The notes under the pieces were generated by a model. The model was not told where the DNA came from. It did not search any database and saw only the letters and a list, made by a program, of their open reading frames with translations. A DNA stretch of 64,000 bases from an uncultured Gemmatimonadaceae bacterium (GTDB lineage: Bacteria > Gemmatimonadota > Gemmatimonadetes > Gemmatimonadales > GWC2-71-9): NCBI GenBank assembly GCA_964585655.1, contig CAZPER010000007.1:1262-65261 (forward strand), in the 5' to 3' direction. The position numbers and the translations under genes were made by a program. Of this stretch, positions 19,251-31,052 are shown piece after piece (within the stretch, counting starts at the first letter, position 1; each line of letters starts with the position of its first letter).

Positions 19251-21534
19251 CCGGTCCTCCCTCATCGGCCTCGACAGCCTGAACCCGCCCCAGCGGGAGG
19301 CGGTCGAGCACGTGCATGGGCCGCTCCTGGTGGTCGCCGGCGCGGGCTCCGGCAAGACCCGTGTGCTCACCATGCGGATCGCCCGCCTGATCGAGCATGC
19401 CGGCGTTTCCCCCGCGCGGATCTTCGCGGTGACCTTCACCAACAAGGCCGCCGGAGAAATGAAGGAGCGCGTGGGCCGGCTGCTGGGGCAGGACCCCTCG
19501 GGCCTCTGGATCGGGACCTTCCACTCCCTCTCCGCGCGGCTGCTGCGGCGGGAGGCGGAAGCGCTCGGCTTCACCCGGCAGTTCACCATCTACGACGAGG
19601 ACGACCGGCTCTCGCTCATCCGCCGGCTGATGGACGCCCGCGGCCACTCCACCAAGCTCTTCCCGCCCAAGATGATCCAGTCGCTCATCTCGGCGGCGAA
19701 GAACCGGATGACGAGCCCCGACGACCTCGCCGCGTCACCCTTCGACCGGCCGGCGCAGGTGGCGGCGGATGTGTATCGCGCCCTGGGCGGCGCGCTCAAG
19801 GCCCAGAACGCGATGGACTTCGACGACCTGATGCTGCACCCGCTGACCCTCTTCCGGGAGCGGCCCGACCGGCTGCGCTACTACCAGGAGCGCTTCGCCT
19901 TCCTGCTGGTGGACGAGTTCCAGGACACCAACAGCGCGCAGTACCAGCTGGTCCGGCTGCTTGGGGCGCACGGCAACGTCTGCGCCGTCGGGGACGACGA
20001 CCAGTCCATCTACGGCTGGCGCGGTGCCGACGTGCGCAACATGCAGTCGTTCCTGCAGGACTTCGGCGGCAGCCAGGTGGTCCGGCTGGAGGACAACTAC
20101 CGCTCCACCCAGGTGGTCCTCGACGCCGCCAACGCCGTGATCGAGGAGAACAAGGGCCGCATCGGGAAGACCCTGCGCACCCGGCGGAAGGGCGGGGAGA
20201 AGGTCACCGTGGTCGCAGCGGCGGACGAACGGGACGAGGCCGAGTGGATCGTCGGGGAGCTCCGGGCCCGGAGCGCCAAGGGGGACTGGACCTGGCCGGA
20301 GATGGCCATCCTCTACCGGACCAACTCGCAGTCGCGGGCGCTGGAGGAAGCGTTCCGCCGGGCGGGGATCCCCTACCGGATCATCGGGGCCATCAGCTTC
20401 TACGACCGGCGCGAGGTGAAGGACCTGCTGGCCTACCTGCGGCTGGTCGCGAATCCGGCGGATGACGAGGCCTTCCTGCGCGCGATCGCCGTCCCGCGCC
20501 GCGGGCTCGGGGAATCGAGCCTGGCGATTCTCGCGGAGGCGGCGCGCCAGTGGGGGAAGCCGCTCCTCTCCGCCGCCGGCGCGGCGGAGATGGTCCAGGG
20601 GCTCCGCCCGAACGTGCGGAGCGCGCTGCGCGACTTCGCCACCCTGATCGGGGAGCTCCGCGAGCGGGCCCTGACCTGGCCGCCGGCCCAGGTGCTGGAG
20701 CAGGTCATCCAGGCGGTGGCCTACGAGCAGATGCTCATCGCCGAGGGCCCCGAAGGCGCCGACCGGTGGGAGAACGTGCGCGAACTCGTGGCCAGCGCGG
20801 CGGAGTGGTCGGAGGTGGTGGAGCCGGGGGACGAGGACACCACGACCCCGCTGGAGCGATTCCTCTCCGAGGCCGCGCTGCTCTCCTCGCACGACAGCAT
20901 CCAGGGGCCGAACGAAGGGGTCACCCTGATGACCCTGCACACCGCCAAGGGGCTGGAATGGCCGGTCGTGGTGCTGGCGGGAATGGAGGATGGACTCTTC
21001 CCCCTGGCGCGTGCCGAGGAACAGGAGAACGGGCTCGAAGAAGAGCGCCGGCTCTGCTACGTTGGTATCACCCGCGCCAAGGACAAGCTGTACCTGAGCT
21101 GGGCTCGCGCCCGCCGTCGTGGTGGGCAGCTGATGCCTGGCCGTCCGTCGCGGTTCCTGGCCTCGCTCCCGCCGGGGGTGGTGGAGGAGAAGCGCACCAG
21201 CTCGATGTGGGCGCCCGACTGGGGCGCGGCCTCCGCGCCGCGACGACCGGGCGGCGTCGGCAGCGGCGCGATCCCGGTGCGGCGTTCGTTCTTCGACGAT
21301 GACGAGCCGCCGGGCCCCCGGGCGGCCGAGGAGCCCGAAGCGTCCCAGGACGCTCCCCGCTACGTCAAGGGCGAGCGGGTACGGCACCGCCGCTTCGGGG
21401 GCGGCACTATCCAGGGGCTCAACGGGACCGGGCGGGATCTCAAGGTCACGGTCAAGTTCGATGACGAAGAACATGGAGTGAAGCAGCTGCTGGTGGCCTA
21501 CGCTGGCCTCGAACGGGAATGGGAGAGCGCATGA
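19240..21534 (+). CDS. pcrA: ATP-dependent DNA helicase PcrA/UvrD
   Basis: AGAGSGKT, TFTNKAA, VDEFQDTN, GDDDQSIYGWRGA, NYRST, LMTLHTAKGLEW, EERRLCYVGITRA; C-terminal GERVRH..FG.G domain. Confidence 0.96.
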   Translation: MPPDRSSLIGLDSLNPPQREAVEHVHGPLLVVAGAGSGKTRVLTMRIARLIEHAGVSPARIFAVTFTNKAAGEMKERVGRLLGQDPSGLWIGTFHSLSARLLRREAEALGFTRQFTIYDEDDRLSLIRRLMDARGHSTKLFPPKMIQSLISAAKNRMTSPDDLAASPFDRPAQVAADVYRALGGALKAQNAMDFDDLMLHPLTLFRERPDRLRYYQERFAFLLVDEFQDTNSAQYQLVRLLGAHGNVCAVGDDDQSIYGWRGADVRNMQSFLQDFGGSQVVRLEDNYRSTQVVLDAANAVIEENKGRIGKTLRTRRKGGEKVTVVAAADERDEAEWIVGELRARSAKGDWTWPEMAILYRTNSQSRALEEAFRRAGIPYRIIGAISFYDRREVKDLLAYLRLVANPADDEAFLRAIAVPRRGLGESSLAILAEAARQWGKPLLSAAGAAEMVQGLRPNVRSALRDFATLIGELRERALTWPPAQVLEQVIQAVAYEQMLIAEGPEGADRWENVRELVASAAEWSEVVEPGDEDTTTPLERFLSEAALLSSHDSIQGPNEGVTLMTLHTAKGLEWPVVVLAGMEDGLFPLARAEEQENGLEEERRLCYVGITRAKDKLYLSWARARRRGGQLMPGRPSRFLASLPPGVVEEKRTSSMWAPDWGAASAPRRPGGVGSGAIPVRRSFFDDDEPPGPRAAEEPEASQDAPRYVKGERVRHRRFGGGTIQGLNGTGRDLKVTVKFDDEEHGVKQLLVAYAGLEREWESA

Positions 21535-21833
21535 GCATTCGGCGGGAGGATGTACTGCACGTGGCCCGGCTGGCGGAGCTGGAGGTGGCGGAGGGAGACC
21601 TGCCCCGGCTGGTGGAGCAGATGGGGCGGATCGTGGAATTCGTCGCCCAGCTGAACGAGGTGCCGGCGTCGGAACGGGCGCCTGCGTTCCTGGCGGGGCC
21701 GGCGGCGGTGCGCCTGCGCCCTGATGAGGTCGCCCCGGACCGGCTGGTCCATGGGGCCGACCGGATCGCCCCCGAGTTTCCGCAGGGGTTCTTCGCCGTG
21801 CCCAGGCTCGGGGCCATGGACGGTGGGGAATGA
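21531..21833 (+). CDS. gatC: Asp/Glu-tRNA amidotransferase subunit C
   Basis: MSI.REDVLHVARLAEL, LRPD, FFAVPR; precedes gatA. Confidence 0.92.
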   Translation: MSIRREDVLHVARLAELEVAEGDLPRLVEQMGRIVEFVAQLNEVPASERAPAFLAGPAAVRLRPDEVAPDRLVHGADRIAPEFPQGFFAVPRLGAMDGGE

Positions 21834-23265
21834 GCGGGGTCGCGTTCGTGGCCGACGCCGTCGGCCGCGGGAAGGCCAGCGCCGCGACGGTGGCCCGCGA
21901 GGTCGGCGCCCGGCTGGAGAAGGCCGCGCCGCTCAACGCCACGCTGCACTGGTCGCAGGCGGTGCTGGACCGCGAGGCGGCGCGGGTGGACGCCCTGCGG
22001 CAGGGCGGGGGAGCGCTGCCGCTCGCCGGGGTCCCGATCGCCCTCAAGGACAACATCGTCACCACCGACCAGCCCACGACCTGCGCCTCGCGGGTCCTCG
22101 AGGGGTACGTCTCCCCATTCGATGCCACGGTAGTGCATCGGCTGCACGCCGCAGGCGCGATCATCGCGGCCAAGACCAATCTCGATGAATTCGCCATGGG
22201 CTCGTCCACCGAGCACTCGGCCTGGGGCCGGGTGCTCAACCCGCTGGACCACAGCCGGGTGCCGGGCGGCTCCTCGGGCGGCTCGGCGGCGCTGGTCGCC
22301 GCCGGCGTGGTCCCCGCCGCGCTCGGCTCCGAGACCGGCGGCTCGGTGCGCCAGCCGGCCAGTTTCTGCGGCGTCGTCGGTGTCAAGCCGACCTACGGCC
22401 GGGTGAGCCGCTACGGCCTCGTGGCCTTCGGCTCCTCGCTGGACCAGATCAGCGTCTTCGGGCAGACGGTGGATGATGCGGCCCGGGTGCTCGCGGTGAT
22501 CAGCGGAGAGGATCGCTTCGACGCCACCAGCGCCCCCGAGCCGCCCCCGGCGCTGGAGCCGGTCCGGCGCGACCTCACTGGGCTCACCTTCGGCATGCCG
22601 CGGGAGTATTTCCCGGCGGACCTGGATGGCTCGGTCCGTGCGGCCCTGGACCATACCGCGCACGTTATCCAGCAGCTCGGCGGGAGCATCAAGGAAGTGT
22701 CGCTGCCGCACACCAGGTACGCGGTGCCGACCTACTACATCGTGGCGCCCGCCGAGGCGGCGGCCAATCTGGCCCGCTTCGATGGTGTGCGCTACGGGCC
22801 CCGGCACGTGGGGCCCGAGGGGGATGTCCGCGCCCTGTACCGCGCCACGCGGGGCAAGGGATTCGGGGCCGAGGTACAGCGGCGGATCCTGATCGGCACG
22901 TACGTGCTTTCGTCCGGGTACTACGACGCCTACTACCGGAAGGCGCAGCAGGTCCGCGCCCTCCTGGCCGACGATTTCCGCCGGGTGTTCGACGGCGGCG
23001 TGGACTACCTGCTCACGCCGACCACCCCGACGCCGGCCTTCAAGGCCGGGGCAAAGACCGCGGATCCGGTCGCGATGTACCTGGCGGACATCTTCACCTG
23101 TTCCATCAATCTGGCGGCGCTGCCGGCGCTGAGCCTGCCGGTGGGCCGGTCCGAAGGCCTTCCCATCGGGGCCCAGCTGGTGGGCCCGATGTTCTCCGAG
23201 GGACCGATGCTGGCCGTGGCCGGCGCGCTCGAAGCCGCCCTGGATGCCAAGCGGGAGGTGCGCTG

Positions 23266-23266
<1 letters not shown>
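21830..23266 (+). CDS. gatA: Asp/Glu-tRNA amidotransferase subunit A
   Basis: KTNLDEFAMGSSTE, PGGSSGGSAA, GSETGGSVRQPA, NLARFDGVRYG, YYDAYYRKAQ. Confidence 0.97.
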
Positions 23267-24690
<1,424 letters not shown>

Positions 24691-24706
24691 GCGCGGGGGG
24701 GCGCGG

Positions 24707-25567
24707 CTACTCCGTCCCCAGCAGGGCCAGCACGCTCATTGGATCCACCGTCACTCCGCCGTAGCGCATGACCCAGTGGAGGTGCGGGCCCGTCACCCGG
24801 CCGCTCTGGCCGACGCCGCCGATGCGCTGGCCCCGCTCGACGTAGTCTCCCGCCTTCACCAGCGCCTGGCTCAGGTGGAAATAGGCGGAGATGACCCCCT
24901 CGCCATGGTCCAGGTAGACCACCTTGCCGGCCAGGTAGAAATCCGCGACCAGCGCCACCCGGGCACGATTGGTGGCGAGGACCGGCGTACCGACCGCGCC
25001 GGCGAAGTCGGTGCCGAGGTGGCGGCTGGTGACCGTGCCGTTGTACTCCCGCGCCGTCCCGAAGGGACTGGTGATCCGGGTGGGGCGTGGCCGCACGAAC
25101 GGCGCCTCCCAGAGGCGCGGCGTCTGGTGGGCTGCGCGGCTCACCTCCCGGGCCCGCGCAATCTCCTGCGCAATCCGCACCCGGGCAGCACTGTCCGGCT
25201 GTGCCATCGACGGCGCCACCCGTAGCCGCTCGCGGGGATAGGCGCCGGGTTGCACCGCGATGCTGGTCCGCACCGTGTCCCGACGCTCCCCCGCCACCAG
25301 CACCAGGACGACCTCCAGCGAATCGCCGCCCTCGACCGGGGCGGCCGCCAGCCCCCGCCAGAAGGCGCCGTCGCCGGTCTCGAGGTGGAGCGGCTCGGCG
25401 GCGATGCTGCCTTCGATCCACTGCACGGGCGCCGGCAGGGTGGGAGCGACCGTGAGGCGGAAGAGCGCTCCGCGTACCGGCCGCGCGGGGTCGGTAGCGA
25501 TGGTGACCTGGGCCCCGGCACCCGCGGACAGGTGCAGCAGCGCCAGGAGCGCCAGCCGGGCGCTCAT
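24707..25567 (-). CDS. M23 family metallopeptidase (secreted)
   Basis: Signal peptide; HLGTD (HxxxD), YFHLS, GRVTGPHLHW. Confidence 0.93.
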   Translation of the reverse strand: MSARLALLALLHLSAGAGAQVTIATDPARPVRGALFRLTVAPTLPAPVQWIEGSIAAEPLHLETGDGAFWRGLAAAPVEGGDSLEVVLVLVAGERRDTVRTSIAVQPGAYPRERLRVAPSMAQPDSAARVRIAQEIARAREVSRAAHQTPRLWEAPFVRPRPTRITSPFGTAREYNGTVTSRHLGTDFAGAVGTPVLATNRARVALVADFYLAGKVVYLDHGEGVISAYFHLSQALVKAGDYVERGQRIGGVGQSGRVTGPHLHWVMRYGGVTVDPMSVLALLGTE

Positions 25568-27477
25568 CCGTCCCGCCGGCGGAGCAGGTCGTCGGCCTCG
25601 CCATGGGCGTCGAGGAGGAGCCCCAGCCGTTCCCGGAGGTCGCGGGCCGCGGCCAGGTCCTCGGTGAGCGTTTCCGGGGTGGCGCTTCCCGCGTGCAGCC
25701 GGAGCAGCCCCAGCCGCAGCGATTCGAGCATCGTCACCGTCTCCTTGAGTCTCGCGGCCCAGAGCGCCCGGGCCTCCCCCAGGGCACCCGCGCCGCCATC
25801 GCCGGCCGCCTTCTCCCCCTCGAACAGCGTGGTCGGTGCCGCCTGGGCGATCAGGTCATCGAGCTCCTCGAGCTTCCGGCGCATGTGCTGGGCCTGGTCG
25901 GAGAGGAGCTTGATCTGCTCGGGGAGGTGCTTCAGGTCGCGCCGCTCCCCCGCGGGGAGGGCGCGGAACAGCGCCTCCGCGGCATCCCCCAAGGCCAGCT
26001 CGGTGGGCCGGTGCAGGGTCTGCTCCGGCGCGCTGCGACGGCCGAGCCGCCAGCCCGCAATGTCGGTGATCGTGCGACCGATGGGGCCCGCCCAGAAGCG
26101 CTCGCGCCAGGTGGAGAGCCGGTCACGGACGGGGATCTCACGGCCCGGGATGAATAACCCGAGGATGCCTCCGCCAACCGCCACCCCCGCCAGCGTAAGC
26201 CAGAAATAGAGGATCGACGGGAGCCGGGAACCGACCAGGGGCAGGAGCATCACGGATCCGATGGCGCCGATGAAGGCCCCCCACGTCAGGCGCCGCAACA
26301 GGCGGCCGAGGGTGGACGGCGGCTTTCCGATCTCGAAGGCCAGCTCCTCCCGCCGCCGCTCGGCATGTTCGCGGATGGCGAGCAACAGGTCCCCCGGGGA
26401 GTAGCCCGCCGCCAGCACCTTTCGGGTATGCAGCAGGCGGGCGCCCAGGTAGACGACCCAGGGCCCGCCCAGCAGGATCACCGTGCTGATCACCGCCCCG
26501 GTGATTTCCGGCATGCTGCTCGCCAGCATCGCCACGATCGTCGCGCCCGCGGGAAGCCCCGCCAGCAGCGACCAGAGCCCGAGCGCCCCCCGGGACTGGT
26601 TGCCCTTGGTGAGCCAGACCCTCAGTGGGGCGGGCAATTCGCTCGGCGCCACCGAGACCTCGTCCAGGGCCCCCGCCAGCTCCTCGCCGGTCTGAAACCG
26701 CGCCGTCGGGAGCGGCGACAGGCAGCGGTCAATCTGCCAGGACAGGGCCCGCGGGATGTGGGCGGCAACGCTCGCCAGCGGGGGCGGGGCGCCGGCCAGC
26801 TGGCGCTCGATCAGGGCGTCGAGGGTGGTGACGGGGTAGGGGAGCCGCCCGGAGAGGGCGTAGTAGGCGACGACCCCGAGCGCGTAGATGTCGCTCCGGC
26901 CATCCACCCGCTCCCCGGTGGCCTGCTCCGGACTGAGGTACGCCACGGTGCCGACGATCTCGCCCCCCTGTTCCACCGGGGCCGCGATGCCGAAGTCGGC
27001 GATCAGCGCCCGTCGTCCCCCCGATTCGAGCAGGATGTTGTCCGGCTTGACGTCCCGGTGCACCACGCCGTGGGCATGGGCATGGCCCAGCGCCCACGCC
27101 ACGTCGCGGAGCAGGCGGCCCGCTTCTCCGGGGGGGAGGCTCCCCCGCGCCCGGAGACGCGCGCCGAGGCTCTCGCCCGGCACAAAGGCCATGACGAACC
27201 AGACCAGCCCGTCGTGCTCCTCGACGGAGTGGATCGGGACGATGTTGGGATGGGAGAGGCGGGCGGCGAGTCGCGCCTCGCGGAGGAACCGGTCCCGGAA
27301 GCTGGCGCGGGCGGCGAGCTCGGGGGGCAGCAGCTTGATGGCAACCAGCCGGTCCAGCGAGACGTCACGGGCGAGGTACACCACGCCCATCCCCCCCCGG
27401 CCCAGCTCGCGCTCCAGCGAGTAGCGGCCCGCTACGGCTTCCTGCAGCGCAAGGAAGAGCGGGTCTAGCTCTGCCAT
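25564..27477 (-). CDS. Hanks-type Ser/Thr protein kinase with about 4 TM helices and a C-terminal helical domain
   Basis: LGRGGMGVVY, VAIK, HRDVKPDNIL, DFG, YLSPEQ, SDIYALG; hydrophobic pairs, then LESLRLGLLRLHAG tail. Confidence 0.93.
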   Translation of the reverse strand: MAELDPLFLALQEAVAGRYSLERELGRGGMGVVYLARDVSLDRLVAIKLLPPELAARASFRDRFLREARLAARLSHPNIVPIHSVEEHDGLVWFVMAFVPGESLGARLRARGSLPPGEAGRLLRDVAWALGHAHAHGVVHRDVKPDNILLESGGRRALIADFGIAAPVEQGGEIVGTVAYLSPEQATGERVDGRSDIYALGVVAYYALSGRLPYPVTTLDALIERQLAGAPPPLASVAAHIPRALSWQIDRCLSPLPTARFQTGEELAGALDEVSVAPSELPAPLRVWLTKGNQSRGALGLWSLLAGLPAGATIVAMLASSMPEITGAVISTVILLGGPWVVYLGARLLHTRKVLAAGYSPGDLLLAIREHAERRREELAFEIGKPPSTLGRLLRRLTWGAFIGAIGSVMLLPLVGSRLPSILYFWLTLAGVAVGGGILGLFIPGREIPVRDRLSTWRERFWAGPIGRTITDIAGWRLGRRSAPEQTLHRPTELALGDAAEALFRALPAGERRDLKHLPEQIKLLSDQAQHMRRKLEELDDLIAQAAPTTLFEGEKAAGDGGAGALGEARALWAARLKETVTMLESLRLGLLRLHAGSATPETLTEDLAAARDLRERLGLLLDAHGEADDLLRRRDG

Positions 27478-28385
27478 GGCCGGCGGATGGTGGCGCCGGT
27501 CCAGACATCGTACAGCCGGGCCGGTAGTCCGAAGTGCCGTTCGGCCGTCGCCTGCACCCGGGCATCATCCCGCCAGCCCCCCTTGAGGAGCGCCTCCCGC
27601 CGCATCCGCTTGGCGGTGCGGAGTGGCTCGTCGCCCGAAGGATCGAAGCGCCGGGCCTCGGAGTCGGGATCCGCCAGCAGGCCGACCACGAATTCGAATG
27701 AGAGCGCGAGGTGCCGTTCCACGTCGCCCACCGGCAGGTCCCAGCGACTGCGCTTGTCCGCCACCCGGAAGGCCCGCTGCCACCCCTGGCTCTCGGTCAG
27801 GTGCACCATGCCGCGGAACAGGCGCCGGTTGGTACGCACGCTGAAGATCGTGGGGGAGATGATCTGGTCGAGATGGCCGTCGGCGTGGGAGTGATCCAGC
27901 AGGATCACTTCCTTGGCGGTACGGGCGAAGCGATCCCCCAGCGGGGTCTCGAACCGGCTCTCCCAGTACGAATGGCCAAAGCCGGTGGTGGTGCTGGTCA
28001 GGACCAGCTGGCGCGGCACGAAGTAGTTGTGGGCCACGACGTCGGCGGCCAGGTGCGAGAGGTAGCCGAGCCCGAAGGCGCGCAGGGCGTCACTGCGTGC
28101 CCGGTCGTGGATCTCCTGCCCCACGTGCCACGCATGGCAGTGCCGGCCCACCGGGGCGTACTTCTTCGCGATGGAGCTGTCGGCGGCGATGTTGCCGTAG
28201 AGGAAATCGAAGGGGAAGGCGCGCAGCAGGTCGGCGACGGTGTGGGGCAGGAGACCAAGGTTGGCGAGGACCGACTCGCCCAGGTAGATGTGGGTCCCCG
28301 GCGTCCAGGCCGCGAGGGGATCGGGAAGGCAGACGGCCAGGAGCAGCAGGGCCCCCAGGCCGCAGAGCAGCGACCGCCGGTTCAA
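27465..28385 (-). CDS. Zinc-dependent phospholipase C / S1-P1 nuclease superfamily protein (secreted)
   Basis: Signal peptide ending LAA, mature N-terminus W-TPGT-H, FLYGNIAAD, GYLSHLAADVVAH, HSYWE; TTG start. Confidence 0.85.
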   Translation of the reverse strand: MNRRSLLCGLGALLLLAVCLPDPLAAWTPGTHIYLGESVLANLGLLPHTVADLLRAFPFDFLYGNIAADSSIAKKYAPVGRHCHAWHVGQEIHDRARSDALRAFGLGYLSHLAADVVAHNYFVPRQLVLTSTTTGFGHSYWESRFETPLGDRFARTAKEVILLDHSHADGHLDQIISPTIFSVRTNRRLFRGMVHLTESQGWQRAFRVADKRSRWDLPVGDVERHLALSFEFVVGLLADPDSEARRFDPSGDEPLRTAKRMRREALLKGGWRDDARVQATAERHFGLPARLYDVWTGATIRRPWQS

Positions 28386-28837
28386 CGCCGCCGCCCGCCT
28401 CCGAGCAGTCGCCGGATCCGCCCGAACCAGCCGGCGCCGCTCCGGAAGGTGCGAAGGGTGACGGCGACGTCGATGGCCGTATCCTCGATCTCCTCTTCCA
28501 GCACTTCGTACACCGCCTCAAGGTTGGCCAGCCGCTCCTGCAGCCCCTCCCGCAGCTGGCGGCTGGCCCGCACGACTTCTTCGGCCTCGGTGCCGATCAT
28601 GGCGGCCAGCCGCTGGCCCTCCCCGGACACCAGCTGCACCGCGTGCAGGGCGGGGCCCAGGTCGGCGCGGAGCGATTCGAGCACCTTGGAGAGCTGCTGC
28701 ATCTCCCCGGCTGCCTTCTTGGCGGCCATCGCGGTGGAGGCGGCAATCACCAGGAAGGCGAGCGCGATGATGACGAGGGAGATCGCCATGGTGGGTCCGA
28801 CCCAGCCGGGCACGGCGGCAGCCTGCAGCAGGAGCAT
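28382..28837 (-). CDS. DUF948-like membrane-anchored coiled-coil protein
   Basis: N-terminal TM followed by long heptad helix; ATG 28837 lies 6 nt after TATCTT. Confidence 0.7.
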   Translation of the reverse strand: MLLLQAAAVPGWVGPTMAISLVIIALAFLVIAASTAMAAKKAAGEMQQLSKVLESLRADLGPALHAVQLVSGEGQRLAAMIGTEAEEVVRASRQLREGLQERLANLEAVYEVLEEEIEDTAIDVAVTLRTFRSGAGWFGRIRRLLGGGRRR

Positions 28838-28892
28838 GGAAACAAGATAACGCGCCGCTTGACGCTCGCACCATGGCGCGAGACCTTTCGCC

Positions 28893-30173
28893 ATGCCTCC
28901 GCGCTATATCGTGCAGGGGGGCCATCCCCTCGCCGGGACGGTCCGGCCCGCCGGAAACAAGAACGCCGCCCTCCCCGCCATCGCCGCGACCCTCCTCGCG
29001 GACGGCCCGGTGGAGCTGGGCAACATGCCCCGCATCCGGGACGTCGAGACCATGCTGGCCCTGGTCGCCGACCTGGGCGCCACCGTCGAGTGGACCGGCC
29101 CCAATACCGTCCGGGTCAACGCGGCGGACGCCAAGCCGAAGGCGCTGGACCCGGGGCTCTGCGCGAAGATCCGCGCCTCGATCCTGCTGGCCGGGCCGCT
29201 GCTCGCCCGCTTCGGCACCGTCAAGCTGCCCCCGCCGGGGGGCGACGTGATCGGGCGGCGCCGGGTCGATACCCATTTCCTGGCCCTGGAGCAGCTCGGC
29301 GCCTCGCTCAACCTCGGCGAGCAGTACGAGATCGAGGGGAAGCACCTCAAGGGCGCCGAAATCTTCCTGGATGAGCCGAGCGTCACGGGCACCGAGAACG
29401 CCCTGATGGCCGCGGTGATGGCGGAGGGCCGCACCGTGCTCCGGAATGCCGCGGCGGAGCCCCATGTCCAGGACGTCGCCCGGCTGCTGGTGGCGATGGG
29501 GGCTCAGATCGAGGGCATCGGCACCAACGTCTATACCGTCCATGGCGGGAAGGCGCTGCACGGCTGCCAGTACGCCATCGGCCCCGACCACATCGAGATC
29601 GCCAGCTTCATCGGGCTCGCCGCCGTCACCAACAGCCCGCTCACCATCGAAGGGGTCCGGCCGGACGATCTCCGGAGCACGCTGCTCGGGTTCGAGCGCC
29701 TCGGGGTCCGCCCCCGCGTGGATGGCGACCGGCTGGTCGTGGCGGCGGGGCAGGAGCGCCGGGTCCGGCCGGACCTCGGCGGCCACGTGCCCAAGCTGGA
29801 GGATGGCCCCTGGCCCGCCTTCCCGGCGGATGCGATGTCCATCGCCGTGGTGACCGCCACCCAGTGCGAGGGGATGGTGCTCATCTTCGAGAAGATGTTC
29901 GAGTCCCGGCTGTTCTTCGTGGACAAGCTCATCGGGATGGGCGCGCGGATCGTGCTCTGCGACCCGCACCGGGCCGTCATCTCCGGCCCGGCCCAGCTCC
30001 GGGGCGGGACGGTCGAATCCCCGGACATCCGCGCCGGCATGGCGATGCTCCTCGCGGCCCTCGCGGCGGAGGGGCAGAGCACCATCCACAACGTGGGCCA
30101 GATCGAGCGCGGCTACGAGCAGATCGACAGCCGTCTCCGCGCCCTCGGCGCCCGGATCGAACGGGCGGAGTGA
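28893..30173 (+). CDS. murA: UDP-N-acetylglucosamine 1-carboxyvinyltransferase (Cys->Asp type)
   Basis: [64 protein letters not shown]. Confidence 0.97.
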   Translation: MPPRYIVQGGHPLAGTVRPAGNKNAALPAIAATLLADGPVELGNMPRIRDVETMLALVADLGATVEWTGPNTVRVNAADAKPKALDPGLCAKIRASILLAGPLLARFGTVKLPPPGGDVIGRRRVDTHFLALEQLGASLNLGEQYEIEGKHLKGAEIFLDEPSVTGTENALMAAVMAEGRTVLRNAAAEPHVQDVARLLVAMGAQIEGIGTNVYTVHGGKALHGCQYAIGPDHIEIASFIGLAAVTNSPLTIEGVRPDDLRSTLLGFERLGVRPRVDGDRLVVAAGQERRVRPDLGGHVPKLEDGPWPAFPADAMSIAVVTATQCEGMVLIFEKMFESRLFFVDKLIGMGARIVLCDPHRAVISGPAQLRGGTVESPDIRAGMAMLLAALAAEGQSTIHNVGQIERGYEQIDSRLRALGARIERAE

Positions 30174-30195
30174 GCCGCGCCCGCCATCGCCTCGC

Positions 30196-30957
30196 GTGAC
30201 GCCGTCCCCACGAGAGATCCCGCTCCCTGGTCCGGTGCCCCGATACGAGATTCCGGGGTGGCGGGAGCACTTTGGCGTGGTGGCCGGCATCACCGGTCGG
30301 GGGACCTCGCCGGGGCGGGGCTTCGATCTCGGACTCTGGACCGATGCGCCGGTGGGCGAGGTCATGACCCGCTGGAGGGCCTTCCGGCGCGCCGAACCGG
30401 GTTTCGAGGCGGTCATTCTCGGGAACCAGGTTCATGACGTGCGGGTGGCGCACCATGCGCGGGCCGAAGGCTGGGTGCAGGTCGAGGGCGTTGATGGGCA
30501 TGCCACCGGGACCCGCGGGATCCTGCTCACGGTGACCGTTGCCGACTGCATTCCCGTCTATCTGGTGGCGCCGAAGGCCGGTGCGATCGGGCTGCTCCAC
30601 AGCGGCTGGCGCGGGACGGCGGGGCGGATCCTTGAGCGTGGGGTTGCGGCCCTGGTCGAACATCATGGTGCCTCCCCGACTGAGATCGTAATGCACTGTG
30701 GAGTAGGGATTTGCGCGACATGCTATGAAGTTGGACGTGAGGTGATGGAGGGCTGTGGGTTGCCTGCGGGGGGCGCGGGGCCATTTCACGCGGATCTGCG
30801 GCAGGTGCTGACGGAGCAGGGGCGGGGTCTCGGGCTGACAACGATTTCCACATCACAATGGTGTTCGGCGCATGACCGGACCCATTTCTACAGCCATCGC
30901 GCCTCCCGCGGGGCCGACGGCCGCATGGTGGCGTACCTCGGGTACCCCGCGGCCTGA
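30196..30957 (+). CDS. pgeF: Peptidoglycan editing factor PgeF / YfiH-family nucleoside phosphorylase
   Basis: NQVH, VADCIPV, LHSGWRG, CYEVG, FYSHR, GRM. Confidence 0.9.
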   Translation: MTPSPREIPLPGPVPRYEIPGWREHFGVVAGITGRGTSPGRGFDLGLWTDAPVGEVMTRWRAFRRAEPGFEAVILGNQVHDVRVAHHARAEGWVQVEGVDGHATGTRGILLTVTVADCIPVYLVAPKAGAIGLLHSGWRGTAGRILERGVAALVEHHGASPTEIVMHCGVGICATCYEVGREVMEGCGLPAGGAGPFHADLRQVLTEQGRGLGLTTISTSQWCSAHDRTHFYSHRASRGADGRMVAYLGYPAA

Positions 30958-30981
30958 CAGGGGCAGGCGGGCCCAGGCTGA

Positions 30982-31010
30982 TTGACGAAACCCCGCACCA
31001 TCCCTATACT
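30982..31010 (+). promoter_or_regulatory. sigma70-type promoter of the rimP-nusA-infB operon
   Basis: TTGACG (30982-30987), 17 nt, TATACT (31005-31010). Confidence 0.85.
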
Positions 31011-31052
31011 TCCCGCGCTGTACGGGGAGCTCCAGCGCAATGCGTCGTCCGC

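Noticed and set aside
30681-30740. dif site within the A/T-rich patch of pgeF
   Set aside because: No match to the XerD arm (TTATGTTAAAT-like) at the correct spacing.
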